This document shows, piece by piece, positions 28,601 through 39,900 of a DNA stretch of 64,000 bases (positions within the stretch are counted from its first letter, which is position 1; every line of letters begins with the position of its first letter). The translations under genes were made by a program, and so were the position numbers. Below the pieces are notes generated by a model, which was not told the DNA's origin, did no database searches, and saw only the letters and a program-made list of their open reading frames with translations. The DNA lies in IMG/VR virus record IMGVR_UViG_3300032315_000647, positions 32,001-96,000 of that record; one strand, given 5' to 3'. Source of the stretch: a virus.

Positions 28601-30914
28601 CTATTCTACCAAATACAGTGGCAAACGCATTGTACTCTCGCATGTCTGCAGCCATTTCAGAGAGTTTCTCATCTGTAAAGTCTTCACCTTTTGTATTAGC
28701 GGGTCTATCCTTATAAATGGTGTTATAGTCATTGAGTATTCGTTGACCTTCTTTCTTCATCTCTTTAATTACATCTACAAGAGGAGCAATGTTGAGAGTT
28801 CCCTGGGCTGCACGAATTGCTTCCTTTAGAATGTTCAACCTATCACGTTTGAATTCACGCTCATCTTCATCTGTCACCACCTTCTTAGAAATCTGTTTGT
28901 AAGAAGCATTGAGTAGTGAGATGAGTTTATCAAGACGTTCAAAACCAGTGGTTTCTGTTTCTTCAGATACAGGAACCAAACGTAAGTCTTCAATCTCTTC
29001 TGTGTTTACAGATCCTATTGAAATTCCTGTAACCTTAACAGGAGATTTTTTATCTCTAGGATTTTCTTGTTTAATATCCATCAGAATAGGAATTGCCCTA
29101 TTCATCCCCATTTCTTTCACTCCATATCTATCACGAAGAATATCTTTATATCGTCCGAGCTGAACATTATATGCTCCTTGTTTATACCAAGCAACATCTT
29201 TAGCACCAGCAGCAACACTCATGAACTTCCAGTCAATGATATTACCTTTGCCATTCTCTTCTACAATCAACAAGTCTATTGTACCAGCTTCTTTCTCTTT
29301 AGGATCATATATAATCACCTCAGAGAACACAAGAGGATTCTTACCATCCTTTGAGAACTTAGCTATTAACTCAGTGTAATACTTCTCAAGTTTGTCATAT
29401 ATCTGTTCATCTACATCTGAAAGTTTTAATGTACGAGGTTCAGGATTTACCTTTCTTGTTCCATCAGAATTGAAATATCTTCCATGTATCTCTTCAAAAT
29501 ATCCATGCCCTTTAACACCAAACTCTCTTTTGAACTCATTGAATTTCTTCTCTTCTTCTGTAAAAGTCTTATCACCAAAACGTTGCCTATACCAAGCTTT
29601 TACACGATCAGTTACCCTTTTAGTAACACGTTGAAACGTACCATCAGGTTGCTTTACCTCATACCAGTTAGATGCTTCTTCAGTGTCTACCAAAAGAGGA
29701 TCAATAGATTTCTTATCTTCAACCTTCTTAATACTATCTTTTGTCTGAAGGATGCGTTGTTGTATTTCTTTTTGAGCATTAGAGATTTGATAATAAACTC
29801 CTTCTCCAACAAGTTCACCTTCAACACCTTCCTCTATAAGAGCAGCAGCTTCCTTGAACACATCAATGTTAGCTGCTTTATACATCCCTCTGAACCAATC
29901 AAGAATCTTCTGCCACCAGTTGTGTACAATGGTTCTGTTGGTCTCATTCATCAGTTCAGGGAATTCTGTAGTGCCCTGATTATTATTAATAATTAGTTCA
30001 GCAATCAGTTTATCAACAGCTTCTTTCTTAATCTTACGAATGTCTGGCTTTCCATTAGGAAGTTGATAAGCAGGATTGTTTTTGTATTGTTCAAATGTTT
30101 GTTTGTATATAGAAAATCTATCAATCTTGGATATCATTTCTGTAACTAGATTGGGATTCTTCTTCTCAATAATGGCTGTAGCTATGTGCACCATCTCTTC
30201 TGTAAGAGCAACATCCTCTTTACCCTCTGCAACAGCAATTATCCTACTTGTCAAATCAGCAATAGCATTAACACTATTTTCAACAGCAAGCTTTGTCCCT
30301 TTCAAATACTCAGAGAGATCCTTAACATCCACGCCCATTTTCTTCAAAAGCTCTTTCACTTTTGAAATAGTTTCTGGAGAAGCAATTGAGGAAGGCATTC
30401 CTTCCATTTGCATCATTGTCTGAGGAATAACCTCAAAGTAATCTCCTCTATCAACAGCTAAACCTTTATTTAATAAAGATTTCCAAACCCTATTTGCAGA
30501 ATTATTTATATCTTGTTTACCAAAAAATTCTGATTTTAAAGTTTTACCTTCTTTTGCTAATTTATTTGCAAGAGCTAAATAAACTTTTGTACCAAATCCT
30601 TTACCTTGAAATTCTTCATATAATTCTACTCCAGCCATTCCTATAGAAGAAGATATGTAACCTTCATTATCTACAGAAATAACTCCTGCATATCTACCAT
30701 TTATTTTAATAGGATAACTTGTTGCTTCTGGATTATCTGGATTAAATCTTGGGTTATCTAAAGTTAGATCAGGAGTTGAATCAAATAGTTCTTCCACTCC
30801 TTGTTTAATACCTTGCTGTTCCCTATCAACTTCTATCTCAGCCAATAAACGATTGCCCCCTGTTCTCTCAAGAGCAGCTTTGAATTCTGGGCTATTTGGA
30901 TTTATACATGCCAT
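25641..30914 (-). CDS. large virion (ejection/polyvalent) protein with GNAT-like and PD-(D/E)xK-like domains
   Basis: EEFQGKGFGT..Y..L (GNAT motif A); EAGTIDLLIV..NIIDWK..QLGRY; directly downstream of vRNAP as in crAss-like phages. Confidence 0.65.
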   Translation of the reverse strand: MACINPNSPEFKAALERTGGNRLLAEIEVDREQQGIKQGVEELFDSTPDLTLDNPRFNPDNPEATSYPIKINGRYAGVISVDNEGYISSSIGMAGVELYEEFQGKGFGTKVYLALANKLAKEGKTLKSEFFGKQDINNSANRVWKSLLNKGLAVDRGDYFEVIPQTMMQMEGMPSSIASPETISKVKELLKKMGVDVKDLSEYLKGTKLAVENSVNAIADLTSRIIAVAEGKEDVALTEEMVHIATAIIEKKNPNLVTEMISKIDRFSIYKQTFEQYKNNPAYQLPNGKPDIRKIKKEAVDKLIAELIINNNQGTTEFPELMNETNRTIVHNWWQKILDWFRGMYKAANIDVFKEAAALIEEGVEGELVGEGVYYQISNAQKEIQQRILQTKDSIKKVEDKKSIDPLLVDTEEASNWYEVKQPDGTFQRVTKRVTDRVKAWYRQRFGDKTFTEEEKKFNEFKREFGVKGHGYFEEIHGRYFNSDGTRKVNPEPRTLKLSDVDEQIYDKLEKYYTELIAKFSKDGKNPLVFSEVIIYDPKEKEAGTIDLLIVEENGKGNIIDWKFMSVAAGAKDVAWYKQGAYNVQLGRYKDILRDRYGVKEMGMNRAIPILMDIKQENPRDKKSPVKVTGISIGSVNTEEIEDLRLVPVSEETETTGFERLDKLISLLNASYKQISKKVVTDEDEREFKRDRLNILKEAIRAAQGTLNIAPLVDVIKEMKKEGQRILNDYNTIYKDRPANTKGEDFTDEKLSEMAADMREYNAFATVFGRIDDLIGELIYNEQMEKDATTEEAKEGVAFNKNLLKDISDEARKIRLSAEQIGEVSGKFADKFIGERNLVKGLLNAEAVVKGLSSNFRGISELPMASLEVLFKLVTNAKGRASRDALGEVDRLMAIRKKLVDRGGDVRKLVQQIYQKDDKNKTVNKLIYKFKKEFFEGVDNNALEGNHDKNWLLNNIDVDAYRKEAKELLDKKIERIKKLYDDDPDRMDEMILEEKRKWDIDRKDFNGWKNYIIKRHPLAKWQSEEYKELLKDNDLFELYNFINEMNNKAKESGYISNKVASTFLPFIRKGMAESLAWDFDVSAVMNFGKSLQIQTDDVGYGKINELTGELENAIPKYYTYDFTRKEDGTNDYSDVSEDIFKNMILYINHMEKYKYLSEVEDQLQLVKTIETFKGYLNTNNVGEVVYDERGPKVMAKGEVTSEGNAKIFNDFLRALLYEQKYPLSDSDTPLGVGKVMNFMKSAVNNVANREVFKIDENPSATSLVKTMDAANRAFQLKALGLEFVSGAVNAFGANIQIATQAGNYFKAREVLANETKLVGNKFKNDEEREMFIQLVNIFMPLKDDPTYDKLQEAGLTVLTRQNFSDMLYFFMKHPEQHIEKSIFLTLLDNTMIDNGKIVNIREFVKRKYKDRYDSSSKYKEVASKINEEIEELKKTKAISVTKKLENGKLVIPGLDLSNIDELQRLTNLTRRISRNATGGLSDSDLNRMGMSVWTKSMMVFKNWIPKLVDTRFGEFRKVSDDFSVEIGEDGITTGQKYDIGRIRLFAYVLGTSIRDRSTNIYNILAVNDKGVELMNKMYEEFAEKYEKRTGKPLEMDRDEFIDMIRINLRNQVKELSILMSMFGAMFALGFAAPDDEDDRASKNFYRYQLRVIDKFISELSFFYNPAEFQKILSGSLFPAIGIFSDMGRFVDHAMMEMTGVDTSDSDLTVEQVRKKAQPIKNFGKMFPFTKSIFTYGGILDPEFAKEFDITIQKESRR

Positions 30915-30915
30915 A

Positions 30916-33900
30916 TCAATAACATTCTTTTAGTTTTTTAATTGCCATCTGTCCTTCCAAAGTAATACATTCCATTATCTCTCCAAGAGCCTCATCTTCT
31001 GTCATTTTGTATTTAGCACTATAGTTTTTGAGGATTTGCTTTTGCCTCTCAGGAGAGAATGCTTTTTCAAATGTCAAAGGAACTCTAGGAGCTGTAGGAG
31101 CTTGTTGTGTGGGAACTGACCTCTTATAACTCTTAGGATCTTGCAAGAACTTGCTGATGATTACATTATTATCAACATCCTCCACTTGTATAAATCCATT
31201 CTCAATTACAGACTTGTGATCAACATCATAGAACTCATTAGCTCTGAAGCTGTCTCCCCATGCATTTACAGCTTTGTAGACAAAGTATTTCTTACCCTCT
31301 TGATCGGAATGTTCTAGAGGTGTACCAGAATTATCATACACTTTCCTGAACAAACCTTTATTCATAAAAGAGAAGTCTCCAGCTTTACGCATTTTAGCCT
31401 TCTTATCCTTTATCACTTTATACAATTCAATACCTCTAGCGTTTGCTTGTTCTATTTCTTCCTTTGTAAGAAGATCATTTTCCTTCTCCCAGGTGTACAC
31501 TATGTAATCAAAACTTGCTTCTCTGTTGTTCTTAGAACGTGTAAGTACAGGAGGAATCTCTCCTTTGGCTACAGCATCTTGTACAGGATTAGGCAAGAAC
31601 TTCATTGATGGATTGTAATACTTCTTACCTGTTTTCTTTGATGTAATCAATGCTGCTTTCAAATAAGGAGTGATATCATCATTGTTCCAGTTGTTCCTTT
31701 CAAACACACCAAGCTTATAGAAGTCATCTAAGTTAGACAATCCTTCCAACTTGGAGAGAGTTGCGTTATAAATTTTCTCAAAGTCTTCATAAGGAATAAG
31801 AGATGTGAATGATATTGGAGAACTTGACAAACCGCTTTGAAGAATTGCTAAGGTGACAATTCTGTCATACAGAGGATTCTTATCATCTTTCAAACGATCT
31901 CTAAGTTCACGGAAGGCATATATCACATTGTTCTGATCATACACCTTGTTCTCTGCCATGTTCAGCTTAACGTTATTCACCCCACCTTTTGCAGCTCTCA
32001 TGGAAGGAATACCCTCAATGATTCTTATTATTTCATTATTAGCAAGAGGATCGTTACTTTCTTTAAGCTGATTTACAAAGTTCACAACTTCCCTACCTAC
32101 ACCACCATCATTGATAAGGATGTCTGTAATTTGTTTATTAAGATTTTGGTCAGTTTGTACAGCCCAGTCAAACAAGTCAGCTACAGCTTTCTGAGCCACC
32201 TTCACAAAATCCCTATCACTCATATTTACATAAGGTTTCAACACCTTCTGTATTACTCCTCTCACCTTAGGACTATCAGACTTCAGAATTTGAGCAAATG
32301 CATCTCTCACTTGATTTATATTCTGAGCAAGCTTTCCAACAAAGGAATTTGAAAGCAATGTATCTACAGAACTGATGATGGTGTTCTGAGCTTTGATTTG
32401 CTGCATTTGCTTCTTGAAAATCAGATAGGGATCATTGAAACTAGCTGTATCATAGTTAGAGCCTTGAGTTACATGGAACATGTGTTCTGCCATCTTGGCA
32501 TATTTCAAGAACTCCTTCAGCATCAGGTATTGATCTGTCTTCTCCTGAGCACTCATGTCAGAAGGAAGCTTGCCCAGATTTTTCTCTAGTGCGGTTTCTG
32601 AAGGAATTTTGAATGACTGCAATCTTCTATCCAATTCAGTTTCAGACATCTCTTGTTCATATCTATAACCCATCAATTCAACAAAGTCATCAATAAACAA
32701 CCATGAATAACCAGCACTTTCTATTGTACGAAGGTAGTCACGAATAATAGGCTGGTTCATGAAATAAGCTACAGTGTTTACAGGAACACCAAGCTTAACC
32801 AAGAACAACCATGTGCTTGCTACATTGGGTGTAGCACCAAGTTCCATGATCCAAGGACCTTTGGAAATGTCCACATATCCATCAATGAACATACCAATGA
32901 TATCAGATATGTATTCACCAGCCTTGTTCTTAATCATGGATAAGGTGGGAACCATTTTACCGTCCACCTCAATAGTGTTGTACTTCTCAAATTTAATATC
33001 TGGATTATCTGTAAGCCAGAATCTATCATCTTCAGAAGCTCTATCAAGCCTATTCTTATCTATATAAATAGGTTGACGTTGATTGAGAGAGTGATTAGTC
33101 TGGTTTACAGCTGCAATACCAATTGCATATTTACCTGTTACAAATGCATGACGCAAGCTTGACATGAATGTTCTGTCAAGCATATTCTCAACATTCTTGT
33201 AATCAAATGTTTGACCTATAGTTTTCTGAGCAATCTTTGCAGAAAGCTTCTTAAGAACTTCTGCAGAGTTGGGCTTAATAAGGTTTTCATAGTTCTCATC
33301 ACTTGTGATGAGATTTTCCATACTCTGGATGTAACCATTCTCCAAGCTCTTTTTGTACAACTTCTTGACAATCTGATCTTTAGAACGAACATCTTTCATG
33401 AATTCTGCTGTAAGTTCTTCTTCAGAAAAGAAGTTTCCAAATATTGATTTTAAGAATTTACCAGCAGCATCATCCATCTCATCTTCCATGAGAAGAGTTT
33501 CTTCAGCAATATACCTATCAAGCTCTCTCATTTGTTCAGGAGATAGGAATTCTCCTTTGTCAAAGAGTTCCTTAAACTTGTCTATTGCTTGCTGACCAAT
33601 TCCAAAATAAGGAATCAGTTTAGGCTTACCGTTCTTAATATATACGTTCTTGAGATAGATGGAGAGTTTATCTATATCAAAGTCAGATCCTACCTTCTGA
33701 ACCAAAGCAGCAGGGATGACAACACTATCTTTGAATTCCTTAGGAAGGAACTTCTTGATAACAATAACATCAACAGAGTTTTGCTTTTGTGTAGGAATAC
33801 GATAACCTACACCAGACAATACCTTTTGTCCTTCTTCTGTATTATTTAAATAGTTAATAAGTTCTTCATCAGATAGTGGACTATCAAACCACCTACCAAG

Positions 33901-36900
33901 CATCACCTCAGCTACACGCTTACCGTCCTTCTCATAGAACTTGAGAACCTCAGACTCATAGAATCCATCTTTCAGCTTACGCACACCACTTTCAAGAAGT
34001 GTAGAAGGAATCTGAACCTTCATACCACCATTGATCTTTGGAGAGATGAATTGTTTGTCAGCTATGGAGTAGATAACGTTTCTCACTTGCTGATATGCAG
34101 GAGTGGCTTCAAGCACCACCTTACCCTGAAGAAATCCAGCAAGAGCATCTGATGCATTATCATTTATCTCCCTCTTCAGCATTTCATCACGAAGAGTTTG
34201 TGCAGCTTTAGAGAAGTCTGTTATCTCATATTTTCTTTCAATAATTTTACCATCTTTATCTTTAGTGATGGTTTCCTTAATACCCAGTCTCTCAAGAGTG
34301 GTTTTATATCCCTCCTCAATAAGAGCTTCAAGAAGGTCTTGATTCTCTTTTATATTTCTATAAAGCTTAGACCTCTCAAGTTTCTCACCGTCACTAAGTT
34401 TATACCAAGCTTTGTATCTGTTGTTAAATGGTTGACCAGGAAAGAAATCAACAGGTACACCAGCTTCCATGAAATCAAGAGTGATGAGCTTTGTAATCTG
34501 ACTACCTCTTGTAACATCAGATGTATCCTTAGAAGGAACTTCAGCCTGAATACTCATGATGGAGAAAGGAACGTTTGTAATGTTCTTTTCTGAATAAGGA
34601 GTATTGTTGAACTGCCCATCTATGTAGGTTTCGTGAGGATCTTGAGCTCCCACCTTTCTACTACTAGCAAACACTATGTAATCAATATCCTCTTTCTGCA
34701 TCTTTTCATAAAGCTTGATGGCATTAGCATCACTATTGATTTGCTTCATGATGCGATAGGACAAAGGATAAAGAGCGAACTTATCCAACATTACATTATT
34801 GTACGAGCTAGCTGTACCATTTTTAGCAAGCTTGCTACCAGATACAATAGGCTTAATTGGAGTGTATGCACTTTGAATGCCAGGATTACCAGCAGCCAAC
34901 AAAACCCTTTCCTCTGGACTCATGTCCAAACCCTTATCATTCTTTTCCCAAGCTACATCATATCTGTATTGACGCTCCTCATCACTATTCCAATCACTAG
35001 CTCTAATCCTGAAATGACGGTTTGCTCTCATGTTGATTATACCAGCACCATCAGTTTCTTTAAATTTTTCGTAGTTATGAAGATCAATTATTCCTATTAC
35101 ATCTGCATGTGTTGCTGTACGGAAATAGTCTCTTGTGAACTTTGTAAAACCAATGTCTCCACTACTGAAACCTTTATTCCAAATGTTATTAAAGGCTGTG
35201 TTCATCTTTGGAGAACTATTGATGATAGCCTGACGAGGAGAGTTGAAGTTTTTAATACGCTTGAGTTCATCCTCATATTGATAGGGATCAGAATACAGAA
35301 GCTTATGCATCTCAATATTTGCAATCATGTAGTTTGCAGTGAGAGCCATGAGTTCTACATTCAGCTCCTTTTCTGTCATGTTCTTAGGAAGCTCTGTATT
35401 CTCTATACTAAAACCTTCTTCTGTTTCTTTAAGAATACCATATCGTGAAAGTACAATTTTGAGTTTGTTCATGTCTGTAGTCATGAAGTCCTCAATCTTT
35501 CTGTTTATCTCCTTCTCAAAGTCTTTATAAACTTGTTCAGGTGTTCCAGTGGCACTCACCACTTTATTATGAAGATCTCCAAGAATACCCTTGAAGAAAC
35601 GCATTTCTTTAGATTTTCTACCTTTAGCAACAGGACGATCTTCTCTTACAAGTTCCAACTCAGACAGGAAATACCCTTTAAATATCTCATTGATATCTCC
35701 CATTCCTTTTCTTACAGAAGCTGCAGAAATTGCATTCCCAAGTTTTATCATCCATTCAAGAGATGCATCTCCAGGAACCAGATTCAAATACCAACCTTTG
35801 ACATTGAGATTGAGCTCTTGTACAAGCCTTTGTCTGTATGTGAGACGAGAGGATTCTTTACGCTTTCCTTTTGCCTCATCCACTGTACCACCAACATATC
35901 CAATCTCAAAGAGGTCTTCTGAACCTTCTTTTATCTTACCGTTGCTAGCAAACATCCTGCTAAGAATATTAGAGTTCTTAGCAAATGAGTCTGTCAGAAG
36001 GTAGCTATATTGTGTACCCCCTACAGATTCCTTATTGAACACTTTAACCTTAGAAAGGAATGTTCTTAAATCACTAGCAGCATTTGTACCAATATAAGAC
36101 TGTGTACGTTCACCAGACACACTGAAATATGTGCTGCTGAATTCAGGGTTACTAATAGCTGCTCTTACTAAAGCAAGTTCAAGAAGACGACCTCTCATTC
36201 CAAGAGCCTTACCAGAGAAGGTTGCTATCTTTTCAGTTTTAGCAATGCTTGCTTTAATACCAAGAGTGGCTTCCTTGAACTTTTTATATTGGTCAGAGGT
36301 CATTTTGTTTACATCCTCTACACTAAACGGAATACCAAGTTCCTTCAGAAAGCTAGTTAACCCTGCAGGAGTAGCTAAGTTAGTCACCTTTGCAAGCTTG
36401 CTAGGATCCCCCACAAATGCTTTTTCTTTTTCATTATATGTGAAGAATCCCTTACCCTCTTTTGCTTTGAACACAATAGAGTTGATGTATTCATTTCTAA
36501 TCTGTTCTCCAGCAGAAGCAAGATTTGCCTCACCAACAACCACTTCTCCATTCTCAAGGATGAATACATTCTTAACACTAGGATTCTGTTTTTTGAATGT
36601 ATTCCACAAAGAACTTATAAGTTGCAGTCCATGTTGTGTTTTGATTTGCCCTAAATCAACACCCTTCTCCTCCCAAGATCTTTTTGTAATCCTCTTATAC
36701 AGAGTTCTATAGTTTACATCATTCTCAGCCATCTTGCGAAGGTTCTCCAACATCTCTTCTATACTAGCAGAGTTGTGAAGATTATTCATCAAGCTGATGT
36801 ATGTCTTTCCTACAGGAAGAAGAAGTGCTCCACCAATAGAAGAAGGGATAATCTTACCTTGTGCATTCACTTGTGGAATAGTGGACAACAGAAGCTTTAT

Positions 36901-39900
36901 TGCAGAGCTTGCTTTCTTGAAATTGTCAATCTTTGAAGCGTCTTGATAATCACTTTTGCCACTGTTATGTTCATCTCTCACCATCAGATTTTCGTCCTCA
37001 TCAAATTCAATCTGATAGCTCTTTAAATATTCTTGATGTCTTTCAACAATTGTTTCCCATTGATCCTTAACATGTTGCATCAATTGAAGAACATTGGATA
37101 TATAAGGATTGACTTCTTCTTGTGTATTTTTATTCTCTCTAACAAGAGCTTGTGCTTTACGAGCTTTTTTAGCAATTGTTCTATATATTTGATATCTGAG
37201 ATTGTCGTAAATTTCTTTTTTATTACGTTTTTCAACTTCAAACAAACTCTCATCTGTCTTAATCATGTCAGTGAGAGTGAGATAGGTCATGTGTTGAATG
37301 ATGTCATTCCTCTCTCTATCATTGATTCCTGCAAGACTAAGTACAGCATCTGAGTCAGCAAATGCATCCTCTACATCAATGATGCCTTGTTTGGCATAAG
37401 CAAGACTGTTTACAAGAGGTAGATTGGATTTGTAATATCCTTTACCAATCTTGCTGAACATCTTCTCAACCTTGGAATCTGAATCACGACCAAGGAAGAA
37501 CTCTTTAATAGTTGTCAACATGTCAGCAAACAACTTAAGAATATAAGGTCTTCCCTTTGCAGGTTTTTGAGGAATCTTCTTAAACTGAATGTAATCTCTA
37601 AACTCTTCAGCCAATCTTTCTTCAAGTTGTTCTTCTGTAGCTTTAGAATAGCTCACATCCTTCAGAGATGCTCTATCAAAGAACTTGCCGCTCCTAGCCC
37701 TCATCTCATCCATTACAGACTTCTGTTCTGTAGGATCAGAGAACATCCTCCATACAGCATGGAACACTTCATGATAGACAGTGCCCACTTCAGCATTTTC
37801 ATAGATGTATATTGCACCATCCTTGAACATACCCCAGGCTTGTTTACCATTGGTAGCTTGAATGATGTTCTTTACACGATAGATAGGAACATTAGGGAAA
37901 TTGGCTTTCAGCCAAGTTTCCACTTGATTCCAGTTTTCAGGAACAAATGCTTTGAGTTCTTGTTCAACAATTACACGAAGAGCTTCATCACTCTCTCCAA
38001 TTATTTTTTCATTTACAGCATCTATTATAGACTGACTGATAGGTTTACCAACTTTAGCACTAGCATCAGCTACGGTTGCTTCTGGAACAGCTTCTGGAAT
38101 GGTGATAACAAGTTCTTCCTCTGTTGCTCTTATTTGATCAAGTGTAGGAGCAATAGCATTGAATATTGTCTTCTTAAGTATTTCTCCAGGATCCTTACCA
38201 GCAGCTTTTATTTTAGCAACCACTTCATCAAGATCACCACCCTTCAAGATTTTAATCTTGTCAATTAAATTTGCAGGTGTTGTATCAGAAGGTGCAACAA
38301 ATATTATTTGCTTTCCTTCTGGAGAAACATATATGTTTTTTGATTCTCCATCAAGAACATATCCACTAGTAGGAACAGCTACAGCTTCAGGAACTCCAAC
38401 AGTGACAGTTTCAAAAGGAGGTTCTTCTGTAGAAGCAGGGGTTGAGGGAATAACTGAGGGAGCTTCTACTTTAGGAGCAGCTGTAGGTGTTGCAGGAGCA
38501 CCAGGGGTGATTCTCTTAATGGTAGCCACCTTCTTCTTCTCAACAACAGGAATTACAAAATCATCAGCTGTATCTGTTGTATAGAAATAGATGTCTGTTC
38601 TGTTTATGTCTTCCTCATTAGCAACAGGACGCATGGTGGTTGCGAGAGGGAGCTCTTCACCACTTCTCTTCTTTCCATCAGGAGTGGTGTTTGAAAGCAG
38701 ATAGGATTGATAGTTCTTCCATGTTCTACTAATCACCTCACCTTTAGGAGATATGGACAATATCTCTTCGTAAGATTCGTTCAGTTGTTTTGTATAATGA
38801 GACTTAATGTTGTTGTACATGTTGGACAACAGAAGCATAATCTCATTCTTGTTTTCTTCAAGTGATGTAGGTGTGAAAGGAAAATCCTTACCTCTACCAG
38901 AAATAGAGAGCATAAACTTACCTGTCTCAGGATCTTTCTCAAAGAATATGCTATTATATCCTGCAGGCTTTCTTTCCTTATTCTGATCTACTGGAATACC
39001 CCAATAGACAACAGATTTCAACCAGTTGAGCAAACGCTCAGACTCAGGACTCTTGATTCCCACCTGAGGATTGAGCATGTTCTTAGCCAGCTGATGAATA
39101 ACCTGATAGATGGTTTCAGCTTCTTTCTGTGTATGTTTTCTGTTCTGAAGCTTAACAAGTCCATTAGGCAACTCAAGAACTACACTACCAATAGGTGTTC
39201 TGAGTGTTGTTGTACCTTGTTCAAGAACAGCAAGATTGCTTCCTTCAGAAGGAAGTGTGGGGATGTTAATCAGTTGGCTAGATTCTAGATCAGCAGTTGA
39301 GATGAGATTTGCATCTTCTACAGATGTTCTAGTTTCGTAGATGATTTTACCATCAGCATCTGTAACATTCTGAACTCTTCCAAAGGATGCACCAATCGCA
39401 TGGCGATCACGCAAACTAGGATTTTCAAGAACAGATGTTCTCCATGCCTTGTATTGAGCAGTTACAGAATCTACCACTTCTTTAGGAGTGTCCTTACGGA
39501 ACATACTTGCATTATCATACTCAGCACCCCATTTCAATTCAGCATCAGGGAACACTTGATATATTGCAGTGTCCAAAGGATTTGCACCTTCAGCAATAGG
39601 TTGTCCATCTTCTCCAACAAGAGATATGTTACCATCAGCATCTTCCTCCACCATTACCAGCGCAATGATTTCATCTTTCTTAATGTCCTCATTTATCTGA
39701 CCAGCCTCATCCATTCTCAGACGATCTGTTAAGCCAGGGATAATTTCATCTTCGTTTTTAGATGTTACATATACACCACGAATGTTTTCTCTGTTTGGAA
39801 ATCTCTCAAGATTGAATCCAAAAGTGTTAGCTCGTACTTGATGAGGTTTACCTCTCATCACTCCCGCTGTAGCTCTAGGAAGTATAATGGTAGATTTCTT

